A stretch of 32,013 nucleotides of DNA from Pseudomonadota bacterium. Lineage in GTDB: Bacteria > Bdellovibrionota_B > Oligoflexia > Oligoflexales > CAIYRB01. The translations under genes were made by a program, and so were the position numbers. Under the pieces are notes generated by a model. That model saw only the letters and a list, made by a program, of their open reading frames with translations. It did no database searches and was not told where the DNA came from. Of the stretch, positions 30,377 through 32,013 are shown piece after piece; position 1 is the first letter of the stretch, and each line of letters opens with the position of its first letter. The stretch spans positions 1 through 32,013 of the forward strand of contig JAYVBB010000524.1 in the NCBI GenBank assembly GCA_043750715.1. The letters run 5' to 3'.

Positions 30377-30609
30377 TCGCAGTCATCCATCTTCTCGTCG
30401 CAGCAGTAGGGATTGCCAGGCCCGCATGGCGGCGTCGCCATGGAATCCTGAGGCGTCGCGTGGCGAAGAGCCAGTTCAGTCTCGACGAGGACGAGGCGCT
30501 TTTCGAGAGCGTTCAGCTTGTTCAGCAGAGCCACTGGCTCTGCTAGCTCGGTCTTGTTCAAAGAACAGCCAGTCAAAACAAAGAGAAGCGGGAGGATTCG
30601 TGGAAACAT
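30373..30609 (-). CDS. lipoprotein (lipobox LTGC) with a coiled-coil segment and Cys-rich C-terminus
   Basis: The signal peptide MFPRILPLLFVLTG|C, an Lpp-like heptad segment, and the C-terminus PPCGPGNPYCCDEKMDDCD. It is the only reverse-strand gene inside the rightward block. TGAGG lies 10 nt upstream of the ATG. Confidence 0.65.
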   Translation of the reverse strand: MFPRILPLLFVLTGCSLNKTELAEPVALLNKLNALEKRLVLVETELALRHATPQDSMATPPCGPGNPYCCDEKMDDCD

Positions 30610-30690
30610 ATTCGTGAAACCTCATAGAATTGAAGTGGGAGTTCGGATATTGTTAGAGCATACTAACGCCTTAAACAACTCGGCAGTCAC

Positions 30691-30708
30691 ACTTTCGACG
30701 TCGAAAGT
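30691..30708. repeat. 18-bp palindrome copy 6 (20-bp with flanks, 30690-30709)
   Basis: Exact match. Lies in the divergent intergenic region between the lipoprotein gene (-) and 30724 (+). Confidence 0.95.
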
Positions 30709-30723
30709 GCTCAAGAGGTCCAG

Positions 30724-31311
30724 ATGATTACTCTTCTCCTCGGCTTGCGATTATCGCTGAAGCCATTTTGGCCATGGCGTCCGATCGATGATCACTGGCT
30801 GTCGCTGGCCTTCCTGCATCTGCTTGTCAAGGTGAGTGCCCGTAAAACTCCGCTCCCTTCGCCAGTCTTGCCACTGTTAAAGCGCGGCATCATTAAGGAC
30901 GAGACCAAGAGAAGGAGTCTGCAGCCGGGAACTCTTTCGGATGAGCGCATTCGGACCCCCAGCACTGTACTCCCCAAGGCAAGTGCGCCGTATGATCAGC
31001 AGCCCAAGGAAACTCCAGCTCCACCACCCGTGATCACGCAGGATCAGACGAAGCAGCACTCGCTGCAGCCTCGCGGTGACGATCAAGGCCTAGCCGACAC
31101 TGATCCGTTGCGTGGTCGTAGCTTCCAGCACAAGTTTTATGGCAGCGCTCTGATCGTCGGCACACGCACGCTGATGAGCGGCTTGTCGGTGGGGATGCAC
31201 TCGCTCGAAATCACGTCAGGCGGTCAGGTCTTCATCGACAACAACCCGTTCGCGGTCAACCCCGGCGATCTTGTCAAGATCAAGGCAGAACTGTCCAAAA
31301 TCGTGCGGTGA
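30724..31311 (+). CDS. hypothetical protein (195 aa) with a Pro/Gln-rich repeat-containing middle region
   Basis: AAGAGG 5 nt upstream of the ATG. Internal repeat DETKRRSLQPGT / DQTKQHSLQPRG. Confidence 0.55.
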   Translation: MITLLLGLRLSLKPFWPWRPIDDHWLSLAFLHLLVKVSARKTPLPSPVLPLLKRGIIKDETKRRSLQPGTLSDERIRTPSTVLPKASAPYDQQPKETPAPPPVITQDQTKQHSLQPRGDDQGLADTDPLRGRSFQHKFYGSALIVGTRTLMSGLSVGMHSLEITSGGQVFIDNNPFAVNPGDLVKIKAELSKIVR

Positions 31312-31314
31312 ACC

Positions 31315-31857
31315 GTGACGCTGACTCCATTCGAGGTAAACAATCTTCTCGAAGAGCTGCTTCGGCTCCAGGATTCGCCATACGCCTACAACAATCTGAT
31401 CGCCCGGATACTGAACGATCTGCTCGCCATAACCCAGGCCCAAGCCATCGTCTATGATGGTGGCGTTCCCTACACGCTCGACCCCTCGCGAAACAAATAC
31501 CTGTCGCTGGCCAGGCCGCTCTTTCTCGCAGGCGCTCATGGCTTTGGCGTGACTGATCGCTACCTTCAGTTGCCTGGCGATGTCGCGACCATGGGGCAGC
31601 AGGGCGTGCTCCTGCCAAGGCCAGCGACCATTACTGCGGTCGCGGCTAAGTCCCGGACTTCGGGAGGATGGCTGTTCGAAGTGAGGCGCAATGGTGCTAA
31701 CATCACGGTAGCATCTCAAGCAGTTTCGGCAGGAATCGGTTCAAGCCCCAACTTGAACATCGACTTAGACGCTGGCGATTGGCTTCAGTTCTTCGCGAAC
31801 GGGACCAATATCGGCTTTCCAGTCGTATCAGTGGAGCTGGCGTGGAGAATGCCGTAA
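31315..31857 (+). CDS. hypothetical protein (180 aa), possibly structural
   Basis: GTG start 3 nt after the upstream stop. Beta-rich composition. The structural role is only a guess. Confidence 0.55.
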   Translation: MTLTPFEVNNLLEELLRLQDSPYAYNNLIARILNDLLAITQAQAIVYDGGVPYTLDPSRNKYLSLARPLFLAGAHGFGVTDRYLQLPGDVATMGQQGVLLPRPATITAVAAKSRTSGGWLFEVRRNGANITVASQAVSAGIGSSPNLNIDLDAGDWLQFFANGTNIGFPVVSVELAWRMP

Positions 31858-31879
31858 CAGCGAAATCAAGGAGGACTAG

Positions 31880-32013
31880 ATGAGTTTCCTGAGAGTGTCC
31901 GAATTAAACAGCTTAGATGTATCGCTGTTCGACCTTGGCGTGATCGTGGCAGCCAACGCTTCCAACGTCGTGCTCTCAGATCAGTTCGGCGTGCAGGATC
32001 TTTTAAGGTCTGC
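31880..32013 (+). CDS. hypothetical protein, 5' partial (runs off the window)
   Basis: Strong RBS AAGGAGGA 4 nt upstream of the ATG. Open to the end of the window. Confidence 0.55.
   Translation, partial: MSFLRVSELNSLDVSLFDLGVIVAANASNVVLSDQFGVQDLLRS

Noticed and set aside
1320-30708. The 18-bp palindromes as rho-independent terminators.
   Set aside because: No copy is followed by a T-run on either strand. Two copies lie inside coding sequence, and a loop-less 9-bp palindrome is not a typical terminator hairpin. They may still affect RNA, so they are kept as a finding with other hypotheses.
1-32013. Search for tRNA, rRNA, CRISPR arrays, integrase/excisionase, transposase or terminal inverted repeats.
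   Set aside because: I saw no cloverleaf-compatible sequence with a GTTCGAATC-like T-loop. There is no spaced direct-repeat array. No tyrosine or serine recombinase or DDE motif appears in any long ORF. Nothing here supports calling the window a prophage end or a transposon.

Overview
This window reads as a tightly packed bacteriophage or phage-like replication, recombination and nucleotide-metabolism region. It is moderately GC-rich, with a strong G/C third-codon-position bias that I used to choose frames. I found no tRNA, rRNA, CRISPR array, integrase or transposase.

Layout:
- One short + gene at the left edge (37-282).
- A leftward block of four genes (335-1855).
- A 570-bp non-coding divergent control region (1856-2428).
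- About 65 rightward genes (2429-32013), many translationally coupled through ATGA, TAATG or GTGA overlaps. A single reverse-oriented lipoprotein gene (30373-30609) interrupts them.

Recognisable products:
- Replication: a bacterial-type DNA polymerase III alpha (DnaE) and a DnaQ-like 3'-5' exonuclease.
- T4-style recombination set: UvsY-like mediator, gp32-like SSB, and RecA/UvsX-like recombinase.
- Recombination nucleases: Mre11/SbcD-like nuclease, Rad50/SbcC-like ATPase, and a RecU-like resolvase.
- A second, bacterial-type SSB.
- A ParB-N / beta-class DNA methyltransferase fusion.
- Nucleotide metabolism: a MazG-like pyrophosphohydrolase, a deoxynucleoside-kinase-fold protein and a P-loop kinase.
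- An FKBP/trigger-factor-like PPIase-domain protein.
- An orphan DUF2384 (antitoxin toxin-binding domain) protein.

Main non-genic signals:
- An 18-bp perfect palindrome, ACTTTCGACGTCGAAAGT, is present in six identical copies plus partial and degenerate copies. Most lie at gene or module boundaries, and two are embedded in frame in coding sequence.
- The conserved N-terminal PHP motif of DnaE is encoded upstream of any canonical in-frame start. It is one frame off from a TAATG-coupled ATG.
- A stack of stable hairpins (candidate structured RNA) sits in the leader of the rightward operon.

All functional calls come from motif recognition by eye, not from database searches.
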